Shown here: one piece after another, positions 46,950 through 56,900 of the stretch
Layout of the letters: every line of letters begins with the position of its first letter
Position numbering within the stretch: position 1 is the stretch's first letter
DNA from: Salinispira sp.
Lineage (GTDB): Bacteria; Spirochaetota; Spirochaetia; DSM-27196; Salinispiraceae
Assembly: GCA_965602015.1 (NCBI GenBank)
Contig: OZ271918.1
Location: 3,008,001-3,072,000 of the forward strand
Length of the DNA stretch: 64,000 nt
Reading direction: 5' to 3'
The notes under the pieces: model-generated
The model's input: only the letters and a program-made list of their open reading frames with translations
What the model was told of the DNA's origin: nothing
Database searches by the model: none
Position numbers and translations under genes: made by a program

Positions 46950-48353
46950 TTAGCGGAATCTGGCACCGATACCAAACACAATTCCCTGAATATTGCCCCC
47001 GGGGCCCGCAAGACCGAATTGAATTTCATAGCCGGTCTCGAGATACACTTCAGCCCCGTCATCCATGCCGGGCAGGAGATAGGAAATCCCGAGCATGCCG
47101 GTGGTCTTGATAGCCCGGAAGGAAAAATCTTCGCCCTCCTGGAATGGTATCTGTCCAATAATTCCAAGATAGGCCTGCGGGATAAACCGGAGCCTGCGCA
47201 GAAATACATTGTACTCCGCACCCAGGTTCACGCTCACCGGTAATCCTTCGAGGGGCCCCGCAGTACTCGCTTGAGAAAGGAGCACTTCGATGCCGACCAA
47301 TGGGCGGAACGCATAAAACCCCCTGTTGGGAGCCACTTTGACACCAAGCGCCAGACTTTCAATGAGGGGATCGGCCAGGGGTACCAATGCGGAGATGTAC
47401 GGAGTACTGTCCACTCCAATTCGGGGGACCTCCCGCACTTCATCGCCGATTACCGAGGAACTTTCTTCGTAGATAATTTGCGCAACAGAATACTCGCGAT
47501 TGACTTCACGTATCCTCAGCAACGCTATTCGGCGGGCATACTGGTACCCCGCCACTTCGGCAAATCGGGTGATTTCATACTCATCCCCCACCTGAATTCC
47601 CATGTTGCTGCCGAGAGCGAGAACCAGTCGCGATCCGTTCCGGTCCAAAACTGCAGTGCGAATACGGAACTCCTCAATGGAGCGGATCTCAAAATTAAGT
47701 TGACCCGCAATTCCGTCAACCGCATCTCTCATCGCTTCCCGGGGATCCGTGTCATACCCGCTGGATTCGACGGAAAATTCAGCCAGGCTCTCGTAATTCT
47801 GAACATTGACGATGCTGAAATTCGTCACGATCCCCGACTCCCAGTTGCCCGAATCATCGCGGTTGAGCTGGTAATAACTGACAGACGGAACGACGATGAT
47901 AAAACTGTCCACCAGCTGCCTCAGATCTGCTTCGGTGAAAGCCTGCTGACCGAGACGCACAGCCTCGGGTATTTCAACCTGGGCTTCCCGATAACGCTGA
48001 ATCTCATCGATAAACGCAGAAAGGCTCGAGCTTTCCAGGCGTTGGGGATAACTACGAATGGTGAATCGGCCGAGATTCTGAAAAACCTGTCTGATTTGAG
48101 CGTCCACCCCGCTGATCGTGTCCTGAAAGATTCTGTCGGTCTGCGGATTGCCGCTGCCCTGGAGTCGAATATCGAGCTTGCTGTCTCCAATCTGCGCGGA
48201 AATCTCAAGATTTACCCGTTCGGGGGCAGGGGGAGCCCCATAATAATTGAGCCTAAAAATCGAAAGTTCCTGTTTCTCAGATATCTCCTGGGCCGCAGCG
48301 GCACCTGCGAGGAGAGACATTGCCATGAATATGGCTATCACACGATTTTTCAT
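46950..48353 (-). CDS. Exported protein with CsgG/FlgT-like domains and probable C-terminal beta-barrel
   Basis: Signal peptide (AAAAQ), LVLALGSNMGIQVGDEYEI (FlgT-C-like), alternating beta-strands ending GIGARFR. Confidence 0.65.
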   Translation of the reverse strand: MKNRVIAIFMAMSLLAGAAAAQEISEKQELSIFRLNYYGAPPAPERVNLEISAQIGDSKLDIRLQGSGNPQTDRIFQDTISGVDAQIRQVFQNLGRFTIRSYPQRLESSSLSAFIDEIQRYREAQVEIPEAVRLGQQAFTEADLRQLVDSFIIVVPSVSYYQLNRDDSGNWESGIVTNFSIVNVQNYESLAEFSVESSGYDTDPREAMRDAVDGIAGQLNFEIRSIEEFRIRTAVLDRNGSRLVLALGSNMGIQVGDEYEITRFAEVAGYQYARRIALLRIREVNREYSVAQIIYEESSSVIGDEVREVPRIGVDSTPYISALVPLADPLIESLALGVKVAPNRGFYAFRPLVGIEVLLSQASTAGPLEGLPVSVNLGAEYNVFLRRLRFIPQAYLGIIGQIPFQEGEDFSFRAIKTTGMLGISYLLPGMDDGAEVYLETGYEIQFGLAGPGGNIQGIVFGIGARFR

Positions 48354-48456
48354 CAGCCTTCCTGTCTTTCCAATAGTAGTTCGGTAAGTATCACTTTTCA
48401 ATCGGAGGTGATAACAAATAACCTGTTAATGGGTTTTTCTGCGGCGATAGAATGTC

Positions 48457-50391
48457 TTATGGCGTGCCGGTTTCGGCCGGCAAGCCCTGAGGATCAGCGG
48501 CGCCGCCGTCGGCATCTTCATCATCGCCGTCGTCACTCTCGGGATTCTCGTCCAGTACTCCGAGAACCCGCTCGACAAACTCTCCGGGCACGTTCGCCGC
48601 AGCGGCTGAGTCCAGTCGGATGCGAATATCCGCAGCTTCGCCCTGTGAGATGACGAAGCGGAAGCGTCCGTCTTCCGGCGAGGGCAAGAGATATTCATTA
48701 CCGAGTATGCTGAGAAAAATACTTCCCTGAGCCCGAGTGAGTTCGAGATTTATGTTAGCCGGCAACGCAAGGTCGCTTGCAAGGATTTCATCGCCGGAAA
48801 TCAGTTCCCCGTTTCCCTCAAGACGGAAGACCTCGGAAACTTCTTCACCGAGCTGCTGCACAAGGATCATTGAACTGGCGGAGAGATCGTCAGCGGTATT
48901 AAAGCTGGTTTGAATTTCGACCAGGTACTCATCGAGGGCGAAATTCGGTAACTCAACCCATGCTCCCGGCGGAAGCTGAAGATATCCGTTAGCTACGCTG
49001 GCATCGTCGGAATAGCTAATGGCGGAATTGATAGATGAGGCAAACTCAAATCCCTCGGCATAGAGAATGAAGTTGCCGTATTTCTTCTGGAGAATGAGCT
49101 TGAACAAACTTTCCAGGGGCTGCCGGTCTGTTAAGGGTCGAACGGCAAACTCAGTGATCAAGCCGCTGTATATCTCAAGACTCTCGTTGGAATCGGCGCC
49201 CGGGGGAACTTCGGGGGCATCTCCGCTATTTGTGTTTGCCTCACCATCTGAATCGAGGGCGGGAAGGTTAGATACCCGGTCCGCCGACAAAAGGCTTTGG
49301 GCAGAAAAATCAGCATACGAAATCAATTCTCCGCTTAAAACCCGCTGACCGTCCATTATAAGAATGGTCACGTGGCTCTCGCCCTGTAATACATCGAGGT
49401 AGAATGGGCCGGAGGGGATTTGACCGTTGAAGTTTGACTCAAGAACCGCGGCTGATTCTCCCCGCGCAAGCTCAATTATGAGTGAATCCCGGCTAGCACC
49501 GGCAGATAGATGCAACTCCGGTCCCCGCAGTTCAAACAGCTTTTCCGATCCAGAAACTCCCTGGAGCTCGGCGGTAAATTCCAGACGGCTGGACACTCTT
49601 TCATCGAGGTAATACCAAAGATCTTCCTCGAGCCGAAAACCAGCTTCAGGTGAGACCCTCCGGAGTTCACTGTTTTCAAAATCGCCGGTTTCGGTAACCA
49701 GTACTTCGAGACTGTAGAAATCCTGAGAATAACTGTCCTCGTCTATCCGGTAATCGAACCAGGGATACAGATCCAGCCGGAGATCGTATACGCCTCCGTT
49801 GTCCGGGGCTTCCAACTCAAAGTTAAGAGCGCCTTCGGTAACCGTGTCCTCATAGACAACCATTCCGTTAAGCCGAAACTGCGCAAAAGGCGCTGGAGAC
49901 GACGAAGGATCGAGCTCGAGAGAAACAGCGATGGTCTCTCCCGGCAACACCGAATGGGGGTTTACGGTTATCTGGCTCAGCGACAGTGCCTCATTGGTAT
50001 AATAAAACCAGCTCTCTTTTTCCCCGAGGCTCTCACCCCGAGAGAAGAGCTCTATGTTCAGTTGGTAAATATCTTCATCGAGATTTTGAAACACAAGAGG
50101 CGGAAGCTCGGGAAAGCTCAGTTGCTCCCCCTCATAGCGGGCTTCGGCTATGATGCTGCCCAGACCGTCTGTCAACTCGACGGTGACCAGATCGACTTCG
50201 GAATTAAGAGCTTCGGCATCGATCACCAAAGGGATGTCCTGTCCCTCGGCAATCCGGGAACCCGGAGCAACAGAATCGACCGGGAGGTTCACTCCGGCGT
50301 TCTGGGAAAGAAAGGTGCTGCCGGCCCCGCAGGAACCCAGGAAAATAATGAGGATAAATAGGGATGTAGGGCGCAATGCAGGGTTTTTCAT
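48457..50391 (-). CDS. Acidic beta-rich lipoprotein, hypothetical
   Basis: Lipobox FLGSC; Ig-like beta-strand pattern; acidic tail. Confidence 0.7.
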   Translation of the reverse strand: MKNPALRPTSLFILIIFLGSCGAGSTFLSQNAGVNLPVDSVAPGSRIAEGQDIPLVIDAEALNSEVDLVTVELTDGLGSIIAEARYEGEQLSFPELPPLVFQNLDEDIYQLNIELFSRGESLGEKESWFYYTNEALSLSQITVNPHSVLPGETIAVSLELDPSSSPAPFAQFRLNGMVVYEDTVTEGALNFELEAPDNGGVYDLRLDLYPWFDYRIDEDSYSQDFYSLEVLVTETGDFENSELRRVSPEAGFRLEEDLWYYLDERVSSRLEFTAELQGVSGSEKLFELRGPELHLSAGASRDSLIIELARGESAAVLESNFNGQIPSGPFYLDVLQGESHVTILIMDGQRVLSGELISYADFSAQSLLSADRVSNLPALDSDGEANTNSGDAPEVPPGADSNESLEIYSGLITEFAVRPLTDRQPLESLFKLILQKKYGNFILYAEGFEFASSINSAISYSDDASVANGYLQLPPGAWVELPNFALDEYLVEIQTSFNTADDLSASSMILVQQLGEEVSEVFRLEGNGELISGDEILASDLALPANINLELTRAQGSIFLSILGNEYLLPSPEDGRFRFVISQGEAADIRIRLDSAAAANVPGEFVERVLGVLDENPESDDGDDEDADGGAADPQGLPAETGTP

Positions 50392-50443
50392 ATGGTTAAC
50401 CACCATAGATAATAGCACAAAATACCGAGATAACCAAGATTTC

Positions 50444-50472
50444 TTGCCCAGGGGCTACAGCGCCGGTACAAT
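50444..50472 (+). promoter_or_regulatory. sigma70 promoter of alr, probably leaderless
   Basis: TTGCCC-N17-TACAAT-N6-ATG(50479). Confidence 0.7.
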
Positions 50473-50478
50473 GCACAA

Positions 50479-51612
50479 ATGGATGGAACCAGGGCCACAA
50501 TATACCTCGATAATTTGAATCACAACATAAAGGCGCTCAAAGCCGCATCGGGGAACCGGCGCTTTTGCCTGGCAGTAAAGGCAGACGCCTACGGTCACGG
50601 CGCAGTGGAAATTTCCAGGGCCGCGGCCCAGACCGGGGTGGAAAGTCTTGGAGTTGCCCGCATTGCCGAGGCCAGGCAGCTGCGATCATCGGGGATTAAC
50701 CTGCCCATCCTGCTCTTTAGCGCATTCGACCTGTCGGATGCGGCGGAAATCGTTGAGCTGGATATTCAACCCTTCGTGTCTTCCATTGATGCAATAAAAG
50801 CCCTGTCGGCCGCCGCGAACAGGAAAAAACCTGCTGCAGTTCACCTCAAAATCGACACGGGGATGGGCCGAATCGGTTGTACTCCGGAGCAGGCCGTCCA
50901 TGTAGCCCGGTACTGCGTTGCTGAACCGGAAATAATGCTTGAAGGCATAGCTACGCATTATCCCCTGGCCGACAATCCGGATGACCTGACGGCGAGAGGG
51001 CAAATTCGCGATATGGCGGATGTACGAGCCATGCTCGAGGCTGAGGGAATACGACCGCGGTATTATCACGCGGCCAACTCGGGAGGCATTTTTTTCCACG
51101 CAGATGACGGCATGGATATGGTCAGGCCGGGAATATCCGCCTACGGATACTCGCCTGACCGGCATTTCGCCGAGGCGTTGACCGCACGGGGCATTTCGCT
51201 CAAACCGGTAATGGAACTTTCGGCGCCGGTGACCTTTGTAAAAAAGGTAGCCAGGGGACAGGGGATATCGTACGGGCATATATGGCATGCACCGGAGGAT
51301 TGCTGGATAGCAACAATCAACTGCGGCTACGCGGACGGATATCCCCGTTTAAGCTCAGGACATAATTCCGTGCGTATCCGCGGCCGCGATTATCCCCAGG
51401 TGGGCAGAATTTGTATGGACCAGTGCATGGTCAATTTGGGAAGCGATAATCCGGGGGTTTCGCCGGGAGACCGAGCCCTGTTATTCGGGCCCGACGGTCC
51501 GGAGGATGCGGACAGCATCGCCGATCATGCCCAGACCATTTCATATGAAATTACCTGCGGCATCACAAGCCGGGTACCGCGGGAATATTCCCCCAGCACC
51601 GCAAAAAGTTAA
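50479..51612 (+). CDS. alr: Alanine racemase
   Basis: AVKADAYGHG (PLP lysine), KIDTGMGRIG, HAANS, GYADG, GRICMDQ. Confidence 0.97.
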   Translation: MDGTRATIYLDNLNHNIKALKAASGNRRFCLAVKADAYGHGAVEISRAAAQTGVESLGVARIAEARQLRSSGINLPILLFSAFDLSDAAEIVELDIQPFVSSIDAIKALSAAANRKKPAAVHLKIDTGMGRIGCTPEQAVHVARYCVAEPEIMLEGIATHYPLADNPDDLTARGQIRDMADVRAMLEAEGIRPRYYHAANSGGIFFHADDGMDMVRPGISAYGYSPDRHFAEALTARGISLKPVMELSAPVTFVKKVARGQGISYGHIWHAPEDCWIATINCGYADGYPRLSSGHNSVRIRGRDYPQVGRICMDQCMVNLGSDNPGVSPGDRALLFGPDGPEDADSIADHAQTISYEITCGITSRVPREYSPSTAKS

Positions 51613-51678
51613 TCGCGAGCATAAAAAATAGAGAGGGAATGACGAATGTTCCCAAAAAACCTCCGCCGGTCGGTACCG

Positions 51679-52926
51679 TTATTGGACCAGCCGGCTGATA
51701 ATATTCAGCACGACCTTGCTCGCCCGAACCATTGAAGGAAGGGCCACCCACTCGTACCTGCTGTGAAAATTCAGACCCCCCGCAAATATATTGGGCGTGG
51801 GCAGCCCCATCTCCGTGAGCCTGGCGCCGTCGGTGCCGCCGCGGATGCTTTTTTGTATCGGTTCCATTCCGGTGTCCCGAATTGCACCCTCGAGGGTTTC
51901 GAGGATTACGGGCTTTTTATCGAGAAAAGGTTTGAGATTCAAATACATCTGGGTGCTGCGGAATTTTACCTGGGAGCCGGGATTTTGCAGCTCCACGGTC
52001 TTAGCAAGCTGCTCGAGATATTCGAGGCGCCGATGAATCTGATCCTGGTCAAAATCCCTGATAAATATACCGAGGCTGGCCTTCTCCATTGTTCCGCTGA
52101 TCTCCTTTGCAGCGTAGAATCCGAAATCCCCGTCGGTGGCTTCGGGAGTCTCGTTGCGGGGGAGCATGCTGATATAGGTGGAGGCCATGGTAATTGCATT
52201 TACCATTTCGCCCCTGGCGTAGCCCGGGTGAATCATAACGCCGGTAAAATCGATGTCGACACTCCAGGCGTTGAAGCACTGGGCGTTGTATGACCCTTCT
52301 ACATCTCCGTCCAGGGTAAAGCCGAATTGGGAATGAACCCTATCTTTCGGGAATTTAACAGTTCCCCGGCCGATTTCCTCGTCAGGGGTGAAAACAATTT
52401 CGACTTCCCCATGGAGAAATTCCGGGTGCTCCATGATGTATTTTGCGGCGGTCATAATTTCAGCCATGCCGGCCTTGTCGTCGGCGCCGAGCAGGGTGCT
52501 CCCGTCGGTGGTAATTATGGTCTCGCCGATATATTGCTTCAGAAGCGGATTGCTCTCCGGGTCCAGCACATGTTCACCGTCCAGATCGATGGTCCCGCCG
52601 TCATAATTTCTGCGGATCTGGGGTTTCACGTTCTCACCGGAAAAATCAGGCGCGGTATCGATATGGGCGAGAAAGAGGACAGCCGGCGCCGCTGTATTAG
52701 CGGGTATACGGGCAAGAACGTTGCAATGCTCGGTCAGCTCCACATCGCTGATGCCCATCTGATGCAGCTCCTGTACCAGGAGTTTAGCGAGATCCCACTG
52801 ACGCTCGGTACTGGGCGTGGTATCGCTGTGGCTGTCGCTGGTAGTGTGTATTTTCACGTAGCGCTGAAAGCGCTCCAGCACATCGTTTTCAAACCACTCC
52901 CTGTCAATATCCATTGTCTGCGGCAT
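51679..52926 (-). CDS. pepT: Peptidase T (tripeptidase)
   Basis: ERFQRYVKIHTTSD, AHIDT, LLGADDKAG, TPDEEIG, IRGGTDGA, FHSRYEW. Confidence 0.96.
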   Translation of the reverse strand: MPQTMDIDREWFENDVLERFQRYVKIHTTSDSHSDTTPSTERQWDLAKLLVQELHQMGISDVELTEHCNVLARIPANTAAPAVLFLAHIDTAPDFSGENVKPQIRRNYDGGTIDLDGEHVLDPESNPLLKQYIGETIITTDGSTLLGADDKAGMAEIMTAAKYIMEHPEFLHGEVEIVFTPDEEIGRGTVKFPKDRVHSQFGFTLDGDVEGSYNAQCFNAWSVDIDFTGVMIHPGYARGEMVNAITMASTYISMLPRNETPEATDGDFGFYAAKEISGTMEKASLGIFIRDFDQDQIHRRLEYLEQLAKTVELQNPGSQVKFRSTQMYLNLKPFLDKKPVILETLEGAIRDTGMEPIQKSIRGGTDGARLTEMGLPTPNIFAGGLNFHSRYEWVALPSMVRASKVVLNIISRLVQ

Positions 52927-52951
52927 GTCCTACTCCTCAAGGTAATCCTAT

Positions 52952-52980
52952 TTGCCCGATGCTTCCGGACATCGTATATT
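52952..52980 (+). promoter_or_regulatory. sigma70 promoter, probably leaderless
   Basis: TTGCCC-N17-TATATT-N6-ATG(52987). Confidence 0.65.
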
Positions 52981-52986
52981 AGTACA

Positions 52987-53934
52987 ATGCAAGGAATACC
53001 AGAATACCCCGAATTCTCAAAAATTGAGAGGGATTTCAAGGCAGAATTGTACCCGCTGCTCAACAAGCTTCCCGGAGGAATCTCCGAATTCACCTTTACC
53101 GGCCTCTATCTGTTTCGCAACACGTACAAATACGAGCTGAGCTGGCTGCCGGGGAAAAAGCTGCTGATAAAAGGCGAAAAAGAGGGAAAGAGCTTTTACA
53201 GTCTTCCCATGGGCTTCCCGGAAGACAAGCAACTTCGGGAAACCCTTCTTCATGAAGTCAACTATATAAAGAACCTCACGGAAAATCATGCGGACGACGC
53301 CCGCGTCTGGCTCGAGAGCATTGGCTACAACGTGTGCGAAGATCGGGACAACTTCGACTATCTCTACCTTCGTGAAGACCTGGCAACTCTTCGAGGCAAG
53401 AAATACCATAAAAAGCGCAATCAGGTTAACGCATTTATCAACAACTACTCCTATGAAGAACGGCCGCTATGCAGCGACAATATTGCAGACGCTTTTTCCG
53501 TTTTGGATGAATGGCGTCGTTTGAGAGAAGACGACGGGGACTATGAAGCGAGTAAAGAAGCCCTTGAGCAGAAGGATTTTCTTTCTCTGGACGGCTACAT
53601 TGTCTACGTCGACGGCAAACCGGCTGCCTACACCATGGGCGAAGGAATTGCCAACGGAAGTACCTATGTAATTCATGTTGAGAAGGCCATTGGTCACTAC
53701 CGGGGCATTTATCAATTTATCAATCAGGCTTATGCCTCGGTTCTTCACAAAAAGTATCAGTATATTAACCGCGAACAAGACCTGGGCGACGCCGGCCTAC
53801 GCCAGGCAAAAATGACCTATCGCCCTGCGGGCTTTATTAAAAAATACCGGGTGTGCACAATAGGTAGTGTGGAAGTGCCCTTTCACACAGTAAACGCCGG
53901 AGAAGTGCGCGAATATGCGGGAAACCCTCGTTGA
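52987..53934 (+). CDS. DUF2156 / aminoacyl-transferase-like GNAT protein
   Basis: SEFTF, DRDNFDYLY..DLATLRGKKYHKKRN, HVEKA, YINREQDLGDAGLRQAKMTYRP. The track ORF 52327..53934 is over-extended across pepT. Confidence 0.88.
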   Translation: MQGIPEYPEFSKIERDFKAELYPLLNKLPGGISEFTFTGLYLFRNTYKYELSWLPGKKLLIKGEKEGKSFYSLPMGFPEDKQLRETLLHEVNYIKNLTENHADDARVWLESIGYNVCEDRDNFDYLYLREDLATLRGKKYHKKRNQVNAFINNYSYEERPLCSDNIADAFSVLDEWRRLREDDGDYEASKEALEQKDFLSLDGYIVYVDGKPAAYTMGEGIANGSTYVIHVEKAIGHYRGIYQFINQAYASVLHKKYQYINREQDLGDAGLRQAKMTYRPAGFIKKYRVCTIGSVEVPFHTVNAGEVREYAGNPR

Positions 53935-56900
53935 TGAAATACTAGCGATCCACCCCGAACACTCCAGGGAAAAGCTCCAACTCATTCTGGCGGCATTTTC
54001 TCATGCAAAGACCGAAAGACTCCCCCGAAGAGATCTGGCAGAAATTATCCATTACGCCGCCTCCATTACCCCGGCTAATCCTGTGCGATGCCTGCTGAGG
54101 AGAGACAGCGGGCATCAAGACGGTCCCACATCGATATATGTAATCGGACACGATCATGCGATGCTCTTCAGCATTTTAACCGGCGCTTTGGCTTCCGCAG
54201 GCTTTGATATACGCCGGGGCAGCCTTATCACCTCTGAGCGGATCGGCGGAAAGCGTTTAATCATCGATCATTTCTCCGGTAATCTTCCCCGAAAGACCGA
54301 TTCCCCATCGTGGTTCCAAGGCTTCACAAAGACCATGGAAGACATGTATTTCATCCTCGAAAAGGGCGGAAGTCCCGAACAGAAACAGGAACTCATCCAG
54401 CAGCGAATCATCGAAATGGTGAGCACCTCCCTTGAGCAGCGAAGTACGCCAAAAGACAGCCTCTTAAATCCAATAAACCTTCGCATTGAGCAAAAACCCG
54501 ACTCTACCCTCATCGAAATAAAATCCAGCGACACCCCGCTTTTTCTCTTCAGCCTGAGCAGCGTTCTCAGTCTTCACAGGCTTCGAATCGAACAGGTCAA
54601 TATCGAGACTAAAAACGGGAGATTAATCGACAGCATCGAATTCACCGACAATCGGGGCAACCCGATTACCAGCGAGAAAAAGCTCAACCGCATCAAGCTC
54701 TCAATTCTCATCTCCAAGCAGTTCACCTACTTTCTCGACCAGGCTCCGGATCCTACCAAAGCCCTGACGCGCTTTGACGATCTTATTCAGGACGTGCGGC
54801 AGTTAAAAGCCGGGGAGGACATTCGGCAAATGCTGGCGTCCCCGGAATTCCACGGCGAGCTGGCCCGGCTTCTCGGCACCAGTGATTTTATTTGGGAAGA
54901 TTTTATCCGGATCCAGCGGGACAGTATTCTGCCGATGCTCAAAAACGTTAACCGCAGCAGGCTTTTGAGCTTTGAACCTGAGGAGATGGCCGATGCCCTT
55001 ACACGGCACCTGGAAAATTTCGACGGTCCGGATCTCGAACGGGAGCTCAATGCGTTTAAGAACAGACAGAGTTTTCTCATTGATATGGATCATATTCTCG
55101 TACGGGATCTGGATTTCTTCTTCCTGTCGCGAAGACTCAGCGCCCTCGCCGATGCGGTTATTAATGCCGCCTGCGAAATAGCCTATCGGAACTGCGTCGA
55201 TCTGTACGGGGTTCCCCGGACCGCCGGCGGTCTGGAACCACATTGGGCGGTTTTTGGCCTCGGCAAACTTGGCGGTCAGGCAATGGGATACGCCTCCGAC
55301 CTGGAGCTGCTGTTTATCTATTCCGACAGCGGTAAAAGCGACGGCAGCAAAGCCCTCGCGAATCGTGATTTCTTCGAGAAAATGTTCAAGCGGGCTGCGG
55401 GATTGATTTCCGCAAAAAAAGAAGGAATTTTCCAGGTGGACCTGCGGTTGCGGCCCCATGGAGAAGACGGCCCGGTGGCGGTGAAGCTCGACAAGTTCCA
55501 GGCTTATTACGGGGAAGACGGCAAGGCACACAGTGCAGAGCGCCTCGCCCTGGTCCGCCTGCGGCGCATCGGTGGTGAGCAGCGACTTGGAGAAGAAATT
55601 CTATCAATCAGAGACCACATCGTGTATGAAAGCGATTCCATCGATCTGCCGGAGCTGCGGGACCTGCGGCGTATCCAGCTGGAAGAAAAGCTGGAGGAAG
55701 GAAGAATAAACGCGAAGTTCAGCCCCGGAGGCTTGGTCGACCTTGAGTATAATGTGCAAATTCTTCAGGTGATACACGGCCGGGGCCACCCCCACATCAG
55801 AGGCCCGGGTATTCACACAGCGCTGCATGAACTTCAGCGCCTGGGTACCATCGACCGGGACGAAAGCCTGGCAATGATCCAGGCATACCGATTTCATCGA
55901 AACCTCATAAACGGACTGCGTATGCTTCGGGGAAATGCCGACGACCTCTTTCTTCCTGATGCGGCCCAGAGGGAATTCCGCCACCTTGCCCGTCGCATAG
56001 GCTACCGGCGAAACGGGGAACTCAGCGAATCTGATCAGTTAAAAATCGATTTCGAAACCCACAGCGCAAAGGTGCGGCAATTCGTCGAACGGCACCTCGG
56101 CAGAGATGCCATTCCCGGCGACAGGCGCATGACCGTGGTTGATCTGGTTCTCGGTGCGACCATAGACGACGAATCCCCCGGCGAGTTCACCGCCCTTTTT
56201 GCCAGTTCGGGTTTTTCCGAACCACGGAAGGCCCAAGTCAACCTGAAGCGCATTGCTGAGGGACTCGGTTCCCAATCAGATTTTATCAGGCTCATAATAC
56301 TGGCCTGGGAACGCATATGCCGGAGCGCCGATCCGGATATGGCGCTGAACAATTGGGAACAGTTCGTCGCCAATCTCTCGGACCCCCAAGAGCACATCCT
56401 GCAATTGCTGAGTCAGCCACGGCGCATGGACATTCTGTATCAATTGCTCGCCAGTTCCCAATACCTTGCGGACACCCTAATCCAGAATCCCGGGTTTTTC
56501 CTGTGGGCAACGGACCCCATGGTTGTGAACCGTCCCCGGACGCAGATCGATATGGAAGAAACGCTGGCTGCCGAAGCCGCCTCCGCGGTCGATCGACTGG
56601 ACTGGCAAAACCGGATTCGGCTCATGCGCAAGCGGGAAATCCTGCGGATAGGAGTACGGGACATCGCCCTCGGTGTCAAAATCGAAGAAATAATGGGGGA
56701 AATATCCTTTCTCGCCCGGGGCTGCTGCGAAGTATCTCTCAAAGAAGCATGGCGTCGCGAGCAGCAAAAATCCCCCGAGCAGGATATAAAAAGCGCTTCC
56801 CAACGGGTTTCAGTCCTCGCCTTCGGCAAGCTCGGAGGATGGGAACTCAACTACAGCTCGGATATCGACCTTCTGTGCGTATACGACGCCGATCCACATG

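Noticed and set aside
47271..48653. 460-aa plus-strand ORF and many other long antisense ORFs (e.g. 3787..4614, 8403..9353, 43920..44852, 60799..61785)
   Set aside because: They are shadows of well-supported genes on the opposite strand, expected at this GC content, and show no recognisable motifs.
52327..52986. N-terminal 220-aa extension of the DUF2156 ORF in the track
   Set aside because: It lies antisense to pepT; a promoter and ATG at 52987 give a family-typical length.
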